In this document: positions 60,352-64,000 of the stretch, piece by piece | Position numbering within the stretch: the stretch's first letter is position 1 | Layout: each line of letters opens with the position of its first letter | DNA from: Podospora anserina | Lineage: Eukaryota | NCBI GenBank assembly: GCA_017654855.1 | Contig: CM030335.1 | Location: 1,612,001-1,676,000, forward strand | DNA length: 64,000 nt | Direction: 5' to 3' | Program-made: the position numbers and the translations under genes | Notes under the pieces: generated by a model | Told to the model about the DNA's origin: nothing | The model's database searches: none | The model's input: only the letters and a program-made list of their open reading frames with translations

Positions 60352-61614
60352 ATGTCCCTCCCCCGCGGCCTCAAATCCGTCCTTACCAAAGCCCCCACCG
60401 ACGTGGTCATCCTCTCTGCCCTCCGCACCCCCATCACAAGGTCCTACAAGGGCGGCCTGAAAGACGCCTACCCCGAAGAGTTGCTGTCCACCGTCCTCAA
60501 AGCCACCCTCGACGCCAACCCCAACCTCGACCCGAAACTCATCGAGGATGTCGCCGTCGGCGTGGTCCTCAACGAGCTCGGCGGGTCTAAGGCTGCCCGC
60601 ATGGCGCTCAACCACACCCCCGGTTTTGACACGAGCTCCACCTCCCTTTACACCGCCAACCGGGCTTGTGCCTCGTCGCTGCAGGCGATCACCTTGGTTG
60701 CGAGCCAGATCAAGACCGAGATGATCAGTGTTGGTATTGGAGCCGGTATGGAGAGCATGACAAGGAACTACGGCACGAGGGCGATTCCAGTTGATGTCTG
60801 GCCTGAGTTGAAGGAGAGTCCCGTCAAAGAGGCGAGGGATTGCGTGATGAGCATGGGGATCACGAGTGAGAATGTTGCCGAGAGGTATAACGTCTCGAGG
60901 GAGGACCAGGATGCCCTGGCTGTGGAGTCTCATGCTCGTGCTGCCCGCGCGGTGAAGGAGGGGTGGTTTGACAAGGAGGTTGTTCCTGTCCACACCAGGT
61001 TCCAAGAGGTGGATAAGCAGGGGAATAAAGTTGGGGAGGAGCAGAGGGTGACTGTGACAAAGGATGACGGGATCAGGGAGGGGGTCACGCTTGACAAGCT
61101 GGCGAAGCTGAAGCCGGCGTTCAAGCCTGATGGGAGGAGCACGGCGGGGAATTCCAGCCAGGTTAGCGATGGGGCTGCGGCGGCGCTGTTGATGAGACGG
61201 AGTACCGCTACTGAGCTTGGGTTGACGGGGCAGATTATGGGCAAGTTTGTTGCTAGTGCTGTTGCGGGGTGCAAGCCGGATGAGATGGGGATTGGGCCTG
61301 CGATTGCGATTCCTAAGTTGTTGAACCAGCTTGGGTTGAAGAGTGAGGATGTTGATCGGTGGGAGATTAACGAGGCGTTTGCTTCCCAGGCGCTGTACTG
61401 TGTGAGGGAGTTGGGGTTGGAGAAGGAGTTGGCGGCTGGCAAGGTCAACCCTGATGGCGGTGCTATCGCGCTGGGTCATCCTCTTGGTGCTACTGGTGCG
61501 AGAATGGTCAGCACGCTCATGCATGGTCTCCAGAGGACGGGTGGTGAGGTTGGTGTTGTGAGCATGTGCATTGGTACTGGTATGGGTATGGCTGGTGTTT
61601 TCGTTCGGGAGTAA
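60352..61614 (+). CDS. 3-ketoacyl-CoA thiolase
   Basis: Catalytic motifs NRACASSLQA, GMESM, TAGNSSQVSDGAAA, EINEAFA, GGAIALGHPLGATG and SMCIGTGMG. Intronless. Confidence 0.97.
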   Translation: MSLPRGLKSVLTKAPTDVVILSALRTPITRSYKGGLKDAYPEELLSTVLKATLDANPNLDPKLIEDVAVGVVLNELGGSKAARMALNHTPGFDTSSTSLYTANRACASSLQAITLVASQIKTEMISVGIGAGMESMTRNYGTRAIPVDVWPELKESPVKEARDCVMSMGITSENVAERYNVSREDQDALAVESHARAARAVKEGWFDKEVVPVHTRFQEVDKQGNKVGEEQRVTVTKDDGIREGVTLDKLAKLKPAFKPDGRSTAGNSSQVSDGAAAALLMRRSTATELGLTGQIMGKFVASAVAGCKPDEMGIGPAIAIPKLLNQLGLKSEDVDRWEINEAFASQALYCVRELGLEKELAAGKVNPDGGAIALGHPLGATGARMVSTLMHGLQRTGGEVGVVSMCIGTGMGMAGVFVRE

Positions 61615-63056
61615 GCAAACCAAGAGGGGAATGGGTGTCGTAGCATAGCGTCCTGTACGATTTAGTGTCTTGGTTAGGTACTGGGTTGGAAAATTGGGAA
61701 TGGATAATGAAGACATGTGTTTACATTATAAATGTTGCCCTGTATGCTGTGTATAAAAATCATAACGAACCTGTTTCCACTACTCTGGGCATGTGTTCTT
61801 GTCGCGACTCCTTAGGCGAGATCACATACGTCATACTATATTTATCCATCTATGGTCTTATAAGACTCCAGCTTCAAAGAAGCTATTGTTTCACATAAAC
61901 GAGCTTGGATTGTGAACAGAGAAGACTGGGGTTATCAAGACAAGAAAATGTAACATCGTGTTACCTAGGGTGTGATGCTAAAATTGAAAGGGGGCGAAAC
62001 TGTGTTGAGAACATTGAGATATAAAGGAGTTGGTGGGTAGTATCCGTCCCAACTATGTTAGTGGTTTCTCTGCCACCTTGTTGGCCTCAAAATTGCATCA
62101 GAATGCGGATGCAGTTGAATAACACGCTAGTCGTCAAACTCATGATTACCCTAGGCAGGTAGGTTTATTGTCTCTTTATTCATGGTTCATGGATTCCCAA
62201 TTTGCTTTGTAGCGTGTGTTTAATGATTTCCTTCCCCAATCCCTGACTGCTATACGTATACAGTCTGTCTGTTGGCTATATGGGAATGAGTTGGACCTGC
62301 TCTTCCTGTTGAGGGGGAAACGTAAACATTGGCCAAGGCCTGAGCGAAAAATGTTTATTCAACCTACAGAGTATGACAATGGCACATTACCCGGTTCGTG
62401 CGACTGGCCAGAGCATCTGGATTAGAGTTGTAAATTCGTCTCCATGCTCCCATATATCTTGTGTTAAATAGGTGCACTCAGACCAATACAATCGAGAAAA
62501 GTTCATCAATTAGTCCATTCTACTCATAATACACAAACATAATCTTCCTTGAAAAAGAACTTCCCAACGTCCTGTTTCCGTCACCGCTGGCTTCCTTAAC
62601 CAAAATCAACACAAATCAGAACAAAAATAGCGGGTATCAAATAAGTCCTCAAACCATTCCCTCCAAGCCAACAATCAACTCCATTCCCTTCCCCTTTCAA
62701 CGCAAGTAGCATCGCTCGAGTACTCAATCGACGAGAAATAAATCCCTTCTCCACCAGGACACTAGTAGGTTTTATGCCGCTAGTGTAGCCCTAGTGACTA
62801 GCGGTTGGTGATGTCATCTTCCTCTGATTTTCAAGAGGGGATGAAGTGGGCAAAGATATCGAGGGGAGAGGTATGATGTGAAAAGGTTTCGGTGAGGTGT
62901 TGGTGAGATCGAGGTCACGGGGCTGTCCCGTGATGTGACTCCTGGCTGGCGAGGGGCGAGTGGTGTAGGGTGTAGTAAGAAAGAGGCGCATTGAGAGCGC
63001 TGTCCTCATGTCAAGGCTTCCACCGGGGAAGATGACTGTATCGAGGTGACTGGCGC

Positions 63057-63158
63057 TTAGACGCACTCGCCGCATTGGGGGTGCTGGCAGTGGACACAGG
63101 AGTTGCTGATGACGAGCATAGCTCCGCACTGGCAGCAGCGAGGTTGGTAGGCAGACAT
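63057..63158 (-). CDS. 33-aa Cys/His-rich microprotein MSAYQPRCCQCGAMLVISNSCVHCQHPQCGECV (putative zinc or other metal binding)
   Basis: CCATA ATG TCT start context and TAA stop. 7 Cys and 2 His in a CCxC-x9-CxxCxHxxCxxC pattern with C-ending codon bias. A/C-rich 5' leader and TATATA at 63317-63322, about 160 nt upstream. Confidence 0.7.
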   Translation of the reverse strand: MSAYQPRCCQCGAMLVISNSCVHCQHPQCGECV

Positions 63159-64000
63159 TATGGAGGTGTTTGCAAGGGTACTAGCTCGAGGCTGCGATGC
63201 TGAACAGAGATTATGTTTGTCTTGATGTTTGAGCAGATGGCAGGACTGGAGCAGTGATGGTAGGGAAGAGAAAGAAAAGAAGTGCAGCCTAGCTACACGG
63301 TTGGGGGCTACCGAGCTATATACTGAAACTCAAAGGTCAGGACTGCCTTGGGGTGGCAAGTTTCCCCGGAAGGTGTGGGCGTTTGGGTGATGGCTTGGAG
63401 GTCGAGGTCGCATGACCACAACGAATAGGAAGCCAGGCTGAGGCCGGTTTCCGGAGAAGCGGGAGATGACTTGGGGTGTCTTTGTTCCCCAGGCGCCCTG
63501 TTGACCGAGAATTGTCTTGGAAAACACCCTTGGATCAGCAGCTTTTCTCTGGGGAAATCGTGAGATGGACCTCAAAGAAGGTTCAAAATGGCCTGGTGCG
63601 AACTGCAATGCCTCCCACAGTCCATGCAGTGCATCCCCTGGCTGCAGTAGCTTGGGTGTGATCGAAGCTTCCCCGCAGCTAATCAAGCTCTCGGGATTGG
63701 CTGCGTCACCAGACTGTCACCAATCAGCGAAAGCCATGAGCTTTCGAGATTTGGTAACGTTTTGTTTCGTGGGGGCTGCCGGAATCCCCCGGAGCGACAC
63801 CATCACCACCCTCACCATTCCCAGCCCTGTGGTTCGCCGCCGTCGTGGCCGGCAACTTTCTATTGAGTGGGGGATCGTCCGAATAGGGAAGAAACGACCC
63901 CGAAGACCCTGTGGGACACACGGTCAAAGAAACGCACTGACGGGACTGACGTGGGTGGTGTATCCGATGTTGAGTTGCCGCTGAAAAGATGCCGCCTCGA

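Noticed and set aside
60286-61716. 476-aa minus-strand ORF
   Set aside because: Antisense to the thiolase.
62791-63129. 112-aa minus-strand ORF
   Set aside because: GTG start and no features; it overlaps the better-supported 33-aa microprotein in another frame.

Overview
Eukaryotic, intron-containing DNA from a filamentous ascomycete. Short GT-AG introns with CTAAC/CTGAC branch points, (TACC)n tracts and strong C-rich 5'/G-rich 3' codon skew suggest Sordariales, probably the Podospora group (inference). I can support about 19 intact protein-coding genes: an extremely Met/Cys-rich membrane hydrolase-like protein cut by the window start, several secreted or cell-surface proteins, a GH3 beta-glucosidase, a GNAT acetyltransferase, two BTB-like proteins, a TMEM135-like protein, 2EXR, DUF3176 and PXB/DUF3818 proteins, an ascorbate-oxidase-type multicopper oxidase and a 3-ketoacyl-CoA thiolase. 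There are three broken genes: a frameshifted secreted-protein gene, a PNP_UDP-NACHT-ankyrin NLR relic and a dipeptidyl peptidase III relic. A transposon-relic patch at 23.4-25.2 kb includes a 643-bp TIR-bounded element. The most unusual signals are (i) the Met/Cys-rich pseudo-hydrolase (about 23% Met) with a CYS-3-like site upstream, (ii) a 33-aa CCxC...CxxCxHxxCxxC microprotein at 63057-63158 that the ORF track misses and whose motif recurs in the gene at 29120, (iii) a BTB-like protein with nine clustered SUMO consensus sites and a decayed inverted copy fragment nearby, and (iv) the TIR element, with a solo terminus next to the dead NLR. All family calls are from motif recognition by eye; no searches were run.
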